DNA of 62,911 bases, filler included, from 4 parts of 4 records of this genome joined end to end with filler, not necessarily neighbours in it, one strand, 5' to 3'. Counted from the whole stretch's first letter, positions 41,772 through 52,733 are shown. Notes: a model not told the origin generated them from the sequence alone. A program made the numbers and translations.

Positions 41772-42746
41772 TTACACCTTTTGCTTAATGGTTTCAATGG
41801 CTTCTTTCACCGCTTCCTTTGTTTCCACATCAGTGGTATCCGATAATAGAGTCTCCAGGCGAGGAATAATATTGCCGGTTCCCGCTTCCCCCAGGATATA
41901 CACCACATCCCCCAAAACCCGTATGTTCAGGTCAGGGAATCTCTCCCAGAGCGGTTCAACGCATTGTTCGGCAAGCCCCTTGTCAAGTTCGACAATCTCT
42001 TCCATGACCACCATGGCACCCAGCCGAACCGGCCATTTTTCGTGCATGAGCATGTCAATAAAGGCGGGGAAAATCTTTCCTTCCGCCATCATCATTTGAG
42101 CCACCAAATCCGCCCTGCCGTCCCCCAGCAACCCTTCAATGGATGCGGCACTGAGCAGGGAGGGATCCTGGTTCAGCATAACATCCACGATCTCCTCCGG
42201 GGGCGTCTGACCCGTCCACCGCATGCGATCATCAAAAAAAAGCGTGGGGGCCGATTTGACATCCAGGGGTTCCGCCATTTCCGGAAAAAGGAGGCCGTCG
42301 ATGACGGTCAGTTTTATCAGATCATTTATCAACGCCAATGGTGCGAGATCCTCCACCATTTTGGGACAAAAGGGGCACTCGGCGGCAATAAACAATTTCA
42401 AGAAACAGGGGGCCTTCATGTTTTTCAAGCGGGCCTCAATATCCGGATGAACCGGCGGTGATCCATGAGAAACATGGGAGAGCACGTCCAGAAACGGCGC
42501 CAGCTCGGGCCCTTCGGGAATGGCGTGGTAGACCAGTCGTTTATTGATCTCAATGGAAGGGGGCTCCTTGGCCTCATCCGCTTTCCGGTAGGTCACCACA
42601 ACCGTTGGAGAGGGTTTCGACAACCGCTCACAAAAGGAGCGGAACATATCCGTTCGGTCATCATCCGATACATTGCACGTTATGGCAATTTCGGTGGAAA
42701 GATCCATAAACCGGTCTGCGACCGCTTTTTCTTCTTCAGGCGTCAT
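41772..42746 (-). CDS. Thioredoxin-fold (AhpF-NTD/PDO-like) protein with C-terminal HEAT repeats
   Basis: CPFC motif, VKSAPT cis-Pro loop, helical HEAT-like tail. Confidence 0.75.
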   Translation of the reverse strand: MTPEEEKAVADRFMDLSTEIAITCNVSDDDRTDMFRSFCERLSKPSPTVVVTYRKADEAKEPPSIEINKRLVYHAIPEGPELAPFLDVLSHVSHGSPPVHPDIEARLKNMKAPCFLKLFIAAECPFCPKMVEDLAPLALINDLIKLTVIDGLLFPEMAEPLDVKSAPTLFFDDRMRWTGQTPPEEIVDVMLNQDPSLLSAASIEGLLGDGRADLVAQMMMAEGKIFPAFIDMLMHEKWPVRLGAMVVMEEIVELDKGLAEQCVEPLWERFPDLNIRVLGDVVYILGEAGTGNIIPRLETLLSDTTDVETKEAVKEAIETIKQKV

Positions 42747-42791
42747 TTTTGACCCGATCCTCTCCTGAGGGATTTTGTAATGATCCCCGGT

Positions 42792-43181
42792 TTAATGACT
42801 ACCGCAGCAGTCGCCGCCGCAATCCCCTACCCGACCGGCCATGGCCCGGATGATCTCCCTTTGATCCGCATCTTCAATATTATAGACCGTGACTTTCATG
42901 AAGAAGAGATCCATCCCCCTGACTTTTTCCGGCAGGGGGAGCGTCAGACGTCCGAACATCTCGTGGAAACGCCAGCCGGGAATTTCAAAATGAAGGATAT
43001 CACCCACTTTCTTTTCCAAGAGCTCATATTCAAAAGACGTATATCCCTCGGGTCCAACCCCCACCACAAGCTCAAAAGAGACCGGTTCAAGGGTCAAATC
43101 CATTATTTTTTCATGGCTTCCCGCCTCAATGAGCAGGGTCACTTTCTTAAGTCCTTCAATTTTCGGATTTGATCCGCCCAT
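42792..43181 (-). CDS. Hypothetical protein with Cys-rich C-terminus
   Basis: RBS AAGGAAAAG; ends CGGDCCGSH; directly upstream of the thioredoxin-fold gene on the same strand. Confidence 0.65.
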   Translation of the reverse strand: MGGSNPKIEGLKKVTLLIEAGSHEKIMDLTLEPVSFELVVGVGPEGYTSFEYELLEKKVGDILHFEIPGWRFHEMFGRLTLPLPEKVRGMDLFFMKVTVYNIEDADQREIIRAMAGRVGDCGGDCCGSH

Positions 43182-43273
43182 GGAAATTTTCTTCCTTTCC
43201 CCTTACAAATATTTCTGGCCCTCGGCACATGGAACCTGTAATATTAAAAAAACAGTCACAGCAGGAGGCAAAA

Positions 43274-43807
43274 TTGACAAAGCATCTCATCTGGATCGAC
43301 CTGGAGATGACGGGGCTGGATCCCGAAACCCATGTCATCGTGGAAATCGCATCCATTGTTACCGACGACCAGCTCAACCTGGTGGCCGAGGGACCGGACA
43401 TTGCCATCAACCAACCCGATGCCGTCCTTTCCGCCATGGAACCGTGGAGCCTTGAACATCACCGGGCTTCCGGGCTGACGGATCGCATCAAGGCCTCCCC
43501 CTACACCTGTGCCCGGGCCGAAGGGGAGACCCTTTCGTTCCTTTCCGAATATTGTGAAAAAGGCGCTTCCCCCCTATGCGGCAATTCCATCGGCCAGGAC
43601 CGCCGTTTTCTGGTGAAGCATATGCCGACGCTTGAGGATTTTTTTCATTATCGCAATATCGACGTCAGCTCCGTCAAGGAGTTGGTCAAGCGATGGTACC
43701 CCACCCTTCCGGCCTTTAAAAAGGAAAAAACCCACCTGGCATTAAGCGACATCAGGGAATCCATTGATGAACTGGTTTACTACCGTAAAAACGTTTTTCT
43801 CCCCTGA
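43274..43807 (+). CDS. orn: Oligoribonuclease
   Basis: [33 protein letters not shown] and [14 protein letters not shown] start at 43274 follows AGGAGG. Confidence 0.95.
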   Translation: MTKHLIWIDLEMTGLDPETHVIVEIASIVTDDQLNLVAEGPDIAINQPDAVLSAMEPWSLEHHRASGLTDRIKASPYTCARAEGETLSFLSEYCEKGASPLCGNSIGQDRRFLVKHMPTLEDFFHYRNIDVSSVKELVKRWYPTLPAFKKEKTHLALSDIRESIDELVYYRKNVFLP

Positions 43808-43838
43808 ACCGGTTTCAAAACGCCCCCTTTTGCCCGAT

Positions 43839-43938
43839 NNNNNNNNNNNNNNNNNNNNNNNNNNNNNNNNNNNNNNNNNNNNTTAATTAATTAANNNNNN
43901 NNNNNNNNNNNNNNNNNNNNNNNNNNNNNNNNNNNNNN
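43839..43938. other. Artificial contig linker
   Basis: N-run / TTAATTAATTAA / N-run. Confidence 0.99.
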
Positions 43939-44022
43939 GAGGGCGACGTATACCTTAAAATCGATAAGGAGCAGGTGGAAAGTCTGCCGGAGTTTGATGT
44001 TAAGGATCTCGACAAAAAATAG
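43939..44022 (+). CDS. 3' fragment of a gene (possibly PRC-barrel type)
   Basis: EGDVYLKIDKEQVESLPEFDVKDLDKK* read from the contig edge. Confidence 0.4.
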   Translation, partial: EGDVYLKIDKEQVESLPEFDVKDLDKK

Positions 44023-44406
44023 GTACTGGTTCAGTAACAAAAGAAGAGAATTTCATTAGTTCCCAGGCTTGCTCAGGAATGAAAGGCTCCTGGCCCTTGA
44101 GGAAGTCGAAGAAGACCTGGACTCTGTCCACCTTGCCCCTGAAATACCACCTCCTCTTACGTATCCGGGGAGGGATAGCCCGCCACCGGACAAATGAGCC
44201 CTGAAAGGACGACATCGAAGAATATGCTGTCCTTTCAGGACTTGAAAATTTCGATCCTTATTCCGGTGGTTGGCCACCGGCTATACGTCTTCTCATGACT
44301 TCCTCCTCTCATTAATTTAAATTCAGCCGAATCCGCAAATTCGTATGAGGAGCCGATATAAATGTTTTTCCCCTTATCATGCCTTGCGCCAGCTAATTGC
44401 AATCGA

Positions 44407-45780
44407 TTAGTTTTTCGGCAGATACAAGGCCCAATTTGCGGCATCTCGCCCTGCGTCCATAATCGCCTCCGAAAATGTCGGATGCACCCGAATCGTATGA
44501 GCCAGTTCATCAACGGTGCACTCGAGCTGCAGCGCCATAACCGCCTCGCCCACAAGTTCCGTGGCGTTGCCCCCTACGATGTGTATTCCCAGGATATCTC
44601 CGGTTTCTGAATCCGAAACAATCTTAACAGCGCCGTCAACTTCTCCGCGACTCATGGCAAGCCCGTTTATGGCGTAGGGAAAGCTTCCTGCGTCAGTCTC
44701 AATGCCCTGCTCCTCAGCCTCTTCCTCGGATAGTCCCACTGCCCCTACCTGGGGAAACGTCCAAATCCCTCGAGGTACCAAATGAAAAGGAAAAGCATTG
44801 CCGTGATCCATAGCATTCTCCGCGGCAGTGACTCCCATGGCCGAAGCCGCGTGACTATTCATCCACCCACCGGTGAGATCCCCGATGGCATAAATGCCAG
44901 AAACTGAGGACTGAAGCGTATCATCCACCCGGACACTGCCGTCTTCATTAAGGCGAACGCCAACATTGTTCAGGCCCAAGCCATTCGTTTTGGGCATGCG
45001 CGTTGCGACCAATACCTTTTCCACCTCGACAACAGGTTCATTTGCACCGGACAATTTTGCTTCAATGCCCTTTTCGGTCTTGCTTAAGGACTCTATCGAG
45101 ACGCGTGTTACCACCTCGATACCCTGTTCTCGGAAGGCTTGGGCAACCCGCTGACTCGTCTCACCGTCTTCTTTTGGGAGAATTCGGCGATGATTTGTCG
45201 CTAATAGGACTTTACTCCCAAATATATTGAGCAAAGCAGCCATTTCCACCTCAATTGGGTTAGCATCACCCCATACCAATATCGAAGAGGGCACTTCAGT
45301 CATATCCAGTACCTGATCAGTGGTCATGCCCCCCTCTTGAAGTCCCGGAATCTCAGGTGTCACCAACGAGCTGCCGGTTGAGAGGATGATTTTGTTGGTC
45401 GTCAAAGTACGACCATCCACATCCACTTCACGTGGATTTTTCAGCCCCGCGTTGCCTCTTATGAGTTCCACGTTGTTATTGCCCAGGAGTGCTTCCATGC
45501 CCATACGGATCTCTGCGGCCACACCGTTTTTCCGCTCCACAATCGTATCAAGTCTCAAAGTTTCGACAGAAGCATTTATACCAAAATCTCCCCCCTGACG
45601 GATCAAATTAAGTATGTAGGCAGCTCTCATCCAAACTTTTGAGGGAATACACCCTCGGTTTACGCACGTTCCACCGACATCACTTTTTTCAATGACGGCC
45701 ACTTTGCCTCCCAATTGAGACGCCCTAATGGCCGCCGCATATCCTCCTGGGCCACAACCAATCACAACAACATCGTACAT
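44407..45780 (-). CDS. lpdA: Dihydrolipoamide dehydrogenase (E3)
   Basis: GCGPGGY, GGTCVNRGCIPSK and HPTFSE; NAD-binding motif atypical. Confidence 0.92.
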   Translation of the reverse strand: MYDVVVIGCGPGGYAAAIRASQLGGKVAVIEKSDVGGTCVNRGCIPSKVWMRAAYILNLIRQGGDFGINASVETLRLDTIVERKNGVAAEIRMGMEALLGNNNVELIRGNAGLKNPREVDVDGRTLTTNKIILSTGSSLVTPEIPGLQEGGMTTDQVLDMTEVPSSILVWGDANPIEVEMAALLNIFGSKVLLATNHRRILPKEDGETSQRVAQAFREQGIEVVTRVSIESLSKTEKGIEAKLSGANEPVVEVEKVLVATRMPKTNGLGLNNVGVRLNEDGSVRVDDTLQSSVSGIYAIGDLTGGWMNSHAASAMGVTAAENAMDHGNAFPFHLVPRGIWTFPQVGAVGLSEEEAEEQGIETDAGSFPYAINGLAMSRGEVDGAVKIVSDSETGDILGIHIVGGNATELVGEAVMALQLECTVDELAHTIRVHPTFSEAIMDAGRDAANWALYLPKN

Positions 45781-45820
45781 GAGTTATACTCCTTTAAATG
45801 CCTAAAATCAGGGCAAGGGT

Positions 45821-47071
45821 TTACAGGTGAAGATATTCCGGCTGCTGTATCAGCTCCATCATCTTGGTATAGAACTTACCGATGGGCACACCATCCATCA
45901 CCCGATGATCAAAGGTAATACTCATGCTCATGATCGGCCTAAGCTGGATCTTCCCCTCAACATTCCAGGGTTTCTCAAATATACCGCCCGGTTGGACGAT
46001 CACCGATTCCGGTTGGTTCAGGACCGGCGTCGATACGGTCCAGCCGGGTGCAAATCCCCCGGTATTGGAAATTGTAATCGTGCCCCCGGTGACATCATCC
46101 AGCGTAAGCTTGCCTTCCCTGGCCCGGGCAATCAAATCTTTTATGCTCCGGCTGATTTCAATAAGAGATTTTTCGGCCGCATTTTTGACGACCGGTACAA
46201 TCAACCCGCTTTCATACTCACCGACATCAAGAGCTGCCGCCACTCCGACATTAATGTCTTCCCAAATCTTGATCTCATTGTCGACCAGCGAAGAATTGAT
46301 CAATGGCACATGTTTGACCGCCTTGACCAGAGCATAAAGCAGGAGGTCCGTAAACGTGATCCGTACGCCGATTTCGTCTTCTTTTTGCAGCAGCGACTTA
46401 CGCAACCGAATCATCTCGGTCATGTCTATTTCACCCATGTAACTTAGCTGAGCGGCAACTGATAAACTGCGATGCATGTGCTCGGCAATGGCCTGGCGCA
46501 TCCCCTCAAGCGGAATGGTCGCTTTGACTCGCTTACCGTCTACGACTTCGCCGGTGAAGACCTCTTCAGTGGGCACGGCTTCGGCAACACCGGTCTCCAC
46601 TGCTTTTAATACATCTTTTCTGACAACCCTCCCGCCCGGACCGGTGCCGACTATTTTGGTAAAGTCCAAATTGTGCTTGATCGCTAATTTTTTGGCCGCC
46701 GGCGAGATTTTCATTTTACCTTTCTTCCTTGATCCGGCCGATGCTGCAACCGACGCCGCGGCAGTTGGAATCACCTCCGCTGCCTCCGTCGCCTCTATTG
46801 CCGGAAGCTTCGCCTGAATTTCAGAGAGCTCCTCCTTTGTTTCGGCAAGCCGGCCTGCCATTTCACCGACCGTTACAACATCTCCCTTCGATGTAAGAAT
46901 GCATAGAAACCCGGAGGCCGGCGCCTGTATTTCGTAAGTTACCTTTTCAGTCTCTATAACCAATACGACTTCATCTTTTTCTACCCAATCGCCTTCGATA
47001 GCTCTCCATTCTGCGATCTTCACTTCTTTCATTGTCATTCCCAATTTAGGAATGAATATTCCATAAGCCAC
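45821..47071 (-). CDS. Dihydrolipoamide acyltransferase (E2)
   Basis: Lipoyl domain (PKLGMTM..IETEKV), E3-binding ISPAAKKLA..GTGPGGRV and catalytic DHRVMDG. GTG start follows GGAGGGA. Confidence 0.94.
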   Translation of the reverse strand: MAYGIFIPKLGMTMKEVKIAEWRAIEGDWVEKDEVVLVIETEKVTYEIQAPASGFLCILTSKGDVVTVGEMAGRLAETKEELSEIQAKLPAIEATEAAEVIPTAAASVAASAGSRKKGKMKISPAAKKLAIKHNLDFTKIVGTGPGGRVVRKDVLKAVETGVAEAVPTEEVFTGEVVDGKRVKATIPLEGMRQAIAEHMHRSLSVAAQLSYMGEIDMTEMIRLRKSLLQKEDEIGVRITFTDLLLYALVKAVKHVPLINSSLVDNEIKIWEDINVGVAAALDVGEYESGLIVPVVKNAAEKSLIEISRSIKDLIARAREGKLTLDDVTGGTITISNTGGFAPGWTVSTPVLNQPESVIVQPGGIFEKPWNVEGKIQLRPIMSMSITFDHRVMDGVPIGKFYTKMMELIQQPEYLHL

Positions 47072-47168
47072 CTGTTCATCTCCCTCCAAAAAATTAGCGT
47101 ATACAGAAAAACAATCAAATAATAGACCAGTTCTTGAGGAATTGTTCTCCCCCTCACTTTATTGCCCG

Positions 47169-48131
47169 TCAGTCCATCATTGACTTTATGGCATGGAAAA
47201 CTTGCTCGGGTTGTGGAATGCAATATTGCTCCATTACCGCGCCGGCAATGGGCATATTGGCTGCACATACCCGCTTCACAGGTGCATCGAGATCATCAAA
47301 CGCCTTCTCCATAATCTGCATACCGATTTCGGCGCCAACTCCGCATCGCTCTGTATCCTCATCTACAACAACCACTCGTCCGGTTTTACGGACTGAAGCG
47401 ATGATGGTATCGATATCGAGGGGTTCCAAGGTACAGGGATCGATCACCTCCACACTCATTTCACCGGCAAGCTTTTCAGCCGCTTGCAGCGCCAAATGCA
47501 CCATATAAGATGTGGCCACCACCGTAACGTCGGTTCCCTCTTTTTTGATGTCGGCCTTCCCGAATGGAATGGTATACTCCTCCATGGGAATATGTTGTTT
47601 CATGCCCATCATTTGTTTATGGAAGAAATACAAAACCGGATTGTTGTCACGGATGGCCGTTTTCATCAAACCCTTCGCATCATACGGCGTGCTGGGCAGC
47701 GCAAGCTTCAGTCCCGGATTGTTTAGAACCAGCGCCGAAGGGATGTGTGAATGCTCGGGGCCTGTTCCGAATCCGCCGCCGGCAACGCCCATAAAAACGC
47801 AAGGCGCATTCACCTTTCCCGCCTGCGCATAGTATTGCTGGGCTGCCTTAAATAAGATCTCGTCCGCAGCACAATATACAAAATCTGCAAAACTGAGATC
47901 GCAAACAGGTCGATAACCGGCTGCCGCCGCTCCAACGGCAGCGCCGCAAATGGCCAGTTCGCTGAGCGGCGCATCCATCACGCGTTCTGGGCCAAACTTC
48001 CGAACCAGACCTTTAGTGGCATTGAATGGTCCCTCCTGAACATTTTCACCGATGACAAAAACAGTTTCATCTCTTTCCATTTCTTCAGCTATGGCTTCGC
48101 TGATTGCCTGCCAATACATTAATTCCCTCAT
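47169..48131 (-). CDS. ThDP-dependent dehydrogenase E1 beta subunit (AcoB/PdhB-like)
   Basis: AIAEEMERD, DAPLSE, PSTPYDAKGL and SVRKTGRVVVVDE. Confidence 0.93.
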   Translation of the reverse strand: MRELMYWQAISEAIAEEMERDETVFVIGENVQEGPFNATKGLVRKFGPERVMDAPLSELAICGAAVGAAAAGYRPVCDLSFADFVYCAADEILFKAAQQYYAQAGKVNAPCVFMGVAGGGFGTGPEHSHIPSALVLNNPGLKLALPSTPYDAKGLMKTAIRDNNPVLYFFHKQMMGMKQHIPMEEYTIPFGKADIKKEGTDVTVVATSYMVHLALQAAEKLAGEMSVEVIDPCTLEPLDIDTIIASVRKTGRVVVVDEDTERCGVGAEIGMQIMEKAFDDLDAPVKRVCAANMPIAGAVMEQYCIPQPEQVFHAIKSMMD

Positions 48132-48146
48132 TCTGCTCCCTCCCTT

Positions 48147-49127
48147 TTAGGCCGCATAAATTATCTTATTGAGGATAGAAGGTTCCGGATATGGGCTTTC
48201 TATGGCAAAGCGTTCGGCTTCCGCAACTTCAGCGTCCGCCTCGCTATTTATTTCATCCGCTTTTTGTTGAGTTAGAACACCGTCTTGCAACAGCTTCTCA
48301 TAAAATAATGCAACCGGATCCCGTTTTTTCCATTCCTCAATTTTCTCTTGGGATCGAGGTTCATAATGGCACACATCCGGTCTTCCTTCCGAATGGGACC
48401 GGAAACGAAAGGTCTTGCACTCGATCAATGAAGGGCCTTCCCCCGCCCGCGCTCTGTCCACTGCCGCTTGCACGGCTTCGTACACAGCAATCACATCCAT
48501 TCCGTCGACGACAACACCCGGCATGTTGTAAGCTTGAGCCATCTCCGCGATATCTTCTATTGCACAAGAATCGCAGGTCGGCGTAAACCATGCCATTTGA
48601 TTGTTTTCGACGACCCAGATGACGGGAAGCTTCCAGCATGCGGCCATGTTCATGGATTCATGGGCCTGACCACGCTGCATACCGCCATCACCCGTAAAGC
48701 AAATCGCTACCTGGCCCTCCCCTCTTTTTTGGGCGGCCAAGGCATAGCCTACGGAAAGGGGAAAGCAGGAACCGATAGTGCCACCCAAGGCCAGAACGCC
48801 ATAATCAGCATCTGCAAGATGCAAACCGGTAATACCCCCGCCCCAACCGGTAGCTTTACCCAAGTGTTCGGCAATGCAGGGTTTTGGATCCAACCCCTTG
48901 CTTAAGGCATAGGGAAGTCCGTGACCGCGATGGTGGACGTATAAATAGTCGTCTTTGCGAAGGAATGTGCAACCACCGACGCCAATGGCCTCATGGCCTT
49001 CACAACTATGGTAAAAGGTCTTGAGTTTGCCTTCTTGAGCCATTTTTATGTTCAATCTGTCGAACTTGCGGGCACGTACAAGGTTCCGATAGAGCTTCAG
49101 CAGTTCATCTTTTTTCAGTTTTTCCAT
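48147..49127 (-). CDS. ThDP-dependent dehydrogenase E1 alpha subunit (AcoA/PdhA-like)
   Basis: GHEA, HRGHG, GDG..ENN ThDP motif and TFRFRSHSEG. Confidence 0.93.
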   Translation of the reverse strand: MEKLKKDELLKLYRNLVRARKFDRLNIKMAQEGKLKTFYHSCEGHEAIGVGGCTFLRKDDYLYVHHRGHGLPYALSKGLDPKPCIAEHLGKATGWGGGITGLHLADADYGVLALGGTIGSCFPLSVGYALAAQKRGEGQVAICFTGDGGMQRGQAHESMNMAACWKLPVIWVVENNQMAWFTPTCDSCAIEDIAEMAQAYNMPGVVVDGMDVIAVYEAVQAAVDRARAGEGPSLIECKTFRFRSHSEGRPDVCHYEPRSQEKIEEWKKRDPVALFYEKLLQDGVLTQQKADEINSEADAEVAEAERFAIESPYPEPSILNKIIYAA

Positions 49128-49204
49128 TATTACCTCCAACACCGGGGATTAAGATCTAAAAGGCGGATATTGCCCGACATGGTCTCCTGTTTCTCAAATA
49201 GCAA

Positions 49205-49684
49205 CTATGCCCGGTTCGTCTTTCGTTGAATAAGCTCAATTAAGACCCCGCCGATATCCGTTGTATCCAGGTAAGCAGCAGCGGAATCGCCGGTTTCGCT
49301 CCGGCCGGATAAAATGGATTTGATTCCCATCTTCTCATACCGCTCCAACCTCTCTTGAATATCATCTACGTCAAAGCCCAGATGGTGGAGCCCTTCGCCG
49401 CGGCTGTCCAAAAAATCATAATAAATGGATTTTTTGCTGATCGGCTGGATCAGTTCCATCTCAATCGTCCCCAAAGAGCAAAACGCCATCCCCATTTTAA
49501 AATCATAATCTACGGGTTTTCCGTATTGGACAAGGTCAACATATTTTAGATTTGGCTTAGCAAATGGACCGATTCCTAAAGCCTCATAATAGGCTATCGT
49601 TTTTTCTAAATCTTGCACTACCACGCCTATTTGGCTGACACTCGGGAGATCCAAGGTTTGCTTTATTTGGCTGTTAAGTTCCAT
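49205..49684 (-). CDS. VOC-family protein (methylmalonyl-CoA epimerase/glyoxalase-like)
   Basis: QIGVVV.D, EMELIQP, GEGLHHLGFDV and IELIQ. Confidence 0.88.
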   Translation of the reverse strand: MELNSQIKQTLDLPSVSQIGVVVQDLEKTIAYYEALGIGPFAKPNLKYVDLVQYGKPVDYDFKMGMAFCSLGTIEMELIQPISKKSIYYDFLDSRGEGLHHLGFDVDDIQERLERYEKMGIKSILSGRSETGDSAAAYLDTTDIGGVLIELIQRKTNRA

Positions 49685-49749
49685 ATCGTTTCTCCTCTCT
49701 TTTTAAATCACTAATTTTCTTCTCCATTCCTTCCATGTTTTAAGTATTC

Positions 49750-50730
49750 CTACGCTTCTTCTTCGAGTCCCAAAAGCATAGCAGGATTCTTCCTGGCCAT
49801 TATATCAATCGCGTCTTCGGATATTCCACATGCCATCAGAATTCTGATGTAAACGCGTAACGCCTCAACAGGAGCATTACTGATGATTTGCCCATAATCT
49901 GTAGAAAGAGTACAGTGTTCTGGTCCTATTTTCATTATTGCATCTGCGATTTCATGTGTATTTTTATTAATGGTGAGGGGATGTAATTCAGCCGCACAAT
50001 AATTTAAATATACCCCCAGTTCTGCCATTTTCATTTGATTCTCAAAAGAGACATCAACACTATACATATGAGGATGATCTAAGATAATTTTCTTAACCCC
50101 TGCAATCTTAGCGGCTTCAACAACGGCAAACATCTCTTCGATGCCTAAATGTCCCAGGGAAAGAATGATGTCTGCTTCTGCAACCATATGGACAATATCG
50201 ACAACTTCAGGAATCAACTTGTCTCCATCAAGCACATAGTCGCCCATCGCTGGCGCACTTTCCTTCCCAATGGATCCAACATGATGAACACCCTTGGTTA
50301 TATGGCTTCTGGCCGTCGTTGTTGGAAGCCAAACACATTTAGCACCAAATTTTATCGCCAGCATAATTGCGTATGGATTTACCCCTCCATAAAGAGGGCC
50401 CATACAAATACCACCAAACAGCCGAACGGGACGTAATTCTCGCTCTTTGGCCCATGCATCGATAGCCTCCTGTGCTATTTTAGCCGGTTCCATTGTTGAA
50501 CAATGATATGATTTCAAAACAATGGCCCTCTGACCCGCATCAGAAGCCTGTTGGGCCAACGGTATAACCCTTATTCGCCCTGATGTCGCGTGAATATGAA
50601 GGTCACTGGTCCCTGCCACAATTTTCACATCCTCCTGTGGCGACCATGGGCTGTCAAGCGTTTCGTCTAAATATTTGTATACTTCCAGTTGGTATTGCTT
50701 TTCTTCTATGGGATCTCCGTTTGCAACCAT
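49750..50730 (-). CDS. TIM-barrel metallohydrolase of unknown substrate (DUF6282-like)
   Basis: DLHIH, AIVLKS, VWLPT, LGHL, DHP, LSTDYGQ and NPAMLLG. Confidence 0.8.
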   Translation of the reverse strand: MVANGDPIEEKQYQLEVYKYLDETLDSPWSPQEDVKIVAGTSDLHIHATSGRIRVIPLAQQASDAGQRAIVLKSYHCSTMEPAKIAQEAIDAWAKERELRPVRLFGGICMGPLYGGVNPYAIMLAIKFGAKCVWLPTTTARSHITKGVHHVGSIGKESAPAMGDYVLDGDKLIPEVVDIVHMVAEADIILSLGHLGIEEMFAVVEAAKIAGVKKIILDHPHMYSVDVSFENQMKMAELGVYLNYCAAELHPLTINKNTHEIADAIMKIGPEHCTLSTDYGQIISNAPVEALRVYIRILMACGISEDAIDIMARKNPAMLLGLEEEA

Positions 50731-50907
50731 TTTATTCTCCTTTCTTTAGTTAACCCCCTGATCTCCATGATCAACCAAACTCATCCGTAAATGTTTGATA
50801 ACTCTTATTTTCGGATAGCCTTCTACTATATCATTCTGTAATATTCCGTCTGGCTTTCTTTTGATAATTTTGTTAGCGATGTCTCTCAGAAAATGAATAC
50901 ATGTTTA

Positions 50908-52227
50908 TCAATTGCTCATTACCATCGGGAGCCAGAGTGAAATTTTGGGAAAAGCAATCAAAATCGCAATCGTAAGGAATTCGAGAACCAGAAAAGGCAT
51001 AGTTCCCCTAAAAACATCTTCTAGAGAAATCGTTTCAGGCGATACCGCTTTAATGACATATACATTGATACCAACGGGCGGTGTGATCATGCCCAATTCG
51101 TTGAATTTGACCAATAAAACCCCGAACCATATTGGATCATACCCGAGCGCGCCAATCACAGGGAAGATGACAGGTAGGGTGACCAACATCATCGAAATCG
51201 TGTCAACAAACATACCAAGTATAAAATATATGGCAATAATCAGTACCAGGACGACAATACGGGGAACAGACCATGCGACAATCGTCTCAGCAAACCAAGA
51301 CGGAATTCCGGCAATTGTAAGCGTAAAAGAAAAGATGCTAGCGCCGATCACCAGAAAAAACAGCATGCTCGATACCGATACTGTTTCGCGGAAGGCTTCC
51401 AGAATGTTTGGCAAAGCCTTCCGCCCCTGGAATAAACCAAACAATAAGGCGACAAAAGCGCCGATTCCAGCGGCTTCCGAAGGTGTAAACGCACCTGAGT
51501 AAATACCTCCCATGATAATCCCTGCCAGGATGAGAATACCCCATATTAGCCTGGTAGATATGACTTTTTCACGCCACGTGGTCTTTTGTCCACTGGGAGC
51601 TAGTTTGGGATTAATTCGGGCTTTGATGATTATGAAAAAAGAGAAAATGAGAAGCGTCAGCAATCCGGGAACAATGCCTGCTAACAGCAAATCTGCAATT
51701 GACGTTTCAGTTACGATCCCATACAGAACGAAAATGACACTGGGTGGAATCATAATCCCAACCAAAGCCCCAGAAGCGACCGTTCCCGTTGCGAACTTTT
51801 TTTCGTAGCCAGCCTCTAACATCTCGGGCAAGGCAATACGCCCCATGGTACCGGCAGTGGCCACACTGGAGCCTGCACAGGCTGCAAACAAACCGCACGC
51901 CCCCATTGTGGCCACGCCTAATCCTCCAGGCAACCAACTCAGCCAAGTAGAAGCCGTCCGATAGGCATTTTTGCTAATGCCAGCGGCAAAAGACAGGTGA
52001 CCCATTAAGATAAACAGCGGCACCGGTAGTAACGACCAGTTGGCCACTTTGGAATACGGAATGGTTTTTAAGGCGGTAAGCATAATACTCGTATCGCCGA
52101 TATACAATAGTCCAACTACCGCTGTAACCATGAGGGCGATGGCAATGGGTATCCGTAAGCAAATTAGAAAGAGCAACCCCATAACCATCACAGCACCGAA
52201 AACTGGGGGAGAAACCATATCAATCAC
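50908..52227 (-). CDS. dctM: TRAP transporter large permease
   Basis: PLFILMG, GSSVAT, IPPS, FTPSEA, DPIWFG and TPPVG. Confidence 0.94.
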   Translation of the reverse strand: MIDMVSPPVFGAVMVMGLLFLICLRIPIAIALMVTAVVGLLYIGDTSIMLTALKTIPYSKVANWSLLPVPLFILMGHLSFAAGISKNAYRTASTWLSWLPGGLGVATMGACGLFAACAGSSVATAGTMGRIALPEMLEAGYEKKFATGTVASGALVGIMIPPSVIFVLYGIVTETSIADLLLAGIVPGLLTLLIFSFFIIIKARINPKLAPSGQKTTWREKVISTRLIWGILILAGIIMGGIYSGAFTPSEAAGIGAFVALLFGLFQGRKALPNILEAFRETVSVSSMLFFLVIGASIFSFTLTIAGIPSWFAETIVAWSVPRIVVLVLIIAIYFILGMFVDTISMMLVTLPVIFPVIGALGYDPIWFGVLLVKFNELGMITPPVGINVYVIKAVSPETISLEDVFRGTMPFLVLEFLTIAILIAFPKISLWLPMVMSN

Positions 52228-52733
52228 GCCTCCTTTTGTCCTTTATTCCAGGCATTAACGGCGTCGTGAACAATTTCGAACAAAGACACCGCGCAAAAAA
52301 CAACCACTCCGATCGCCAGACAGTATCTTGCCGGCCAAACGGGAATTTGTCGCGTCCCGGCCCAGGTTACTTCACCGGCTTGGTACTGGGACCATGCGCT
52401 GCTGATGCTGGCGTATGCTAAAATTAGTAGGCAGGCTGTCGTAAGAGATTTCGTAAAAAGTTGCAGCACGATCTGTATGCGTGGCGGGATTTTATTAAAT
52501 ATAAATTCAACTTTTACATGGATGTCTGTGGTCTCAGCCCATGCGAGTCCCAGAAAGGCAATGAGGACCATTAACATTTCACATATTTCAATGCTGCCCT
52601 CAACTCCCTTTCCGATTAAAAAGCGTGCACCAACATCGGCTGTTGTCAGAACAACAATGCCAAACGCTGAAACCATGCCGATAATGATAAGCGTGTAGGC
52701 AAGGGTTCTGATTTTAGCTGCCAATTTGTCCAC
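52224..52733 (-). CDS. dctQ: TRAP transporter small permease
   Basis: Four TM segments, DVGARF and HVKVEF; between dctP and dctM. Confidence 0.9.
   Translation of the reverse strand: MDKLAAKIRTLAYTLIIIGMVSAFGIVVLTTADVGARFLIGKGVEGSIEICEMLMVLIAFLGLAWAETTDIHVKVEFIFNKIPPRIQIVLQLFTKSLTTACLLILAYASISSAWSQYQAGEVTWAGTRQIPVWPARYCLAIGVVVFCAVSLFEIVHDAVNAWNKGQKEA

Noticed and set aside
44000-44300. Short overlapping minus-strand ORFs downstream of lpdA
   Set aside because: Possibly a decayed gene, but no family could be recognised.
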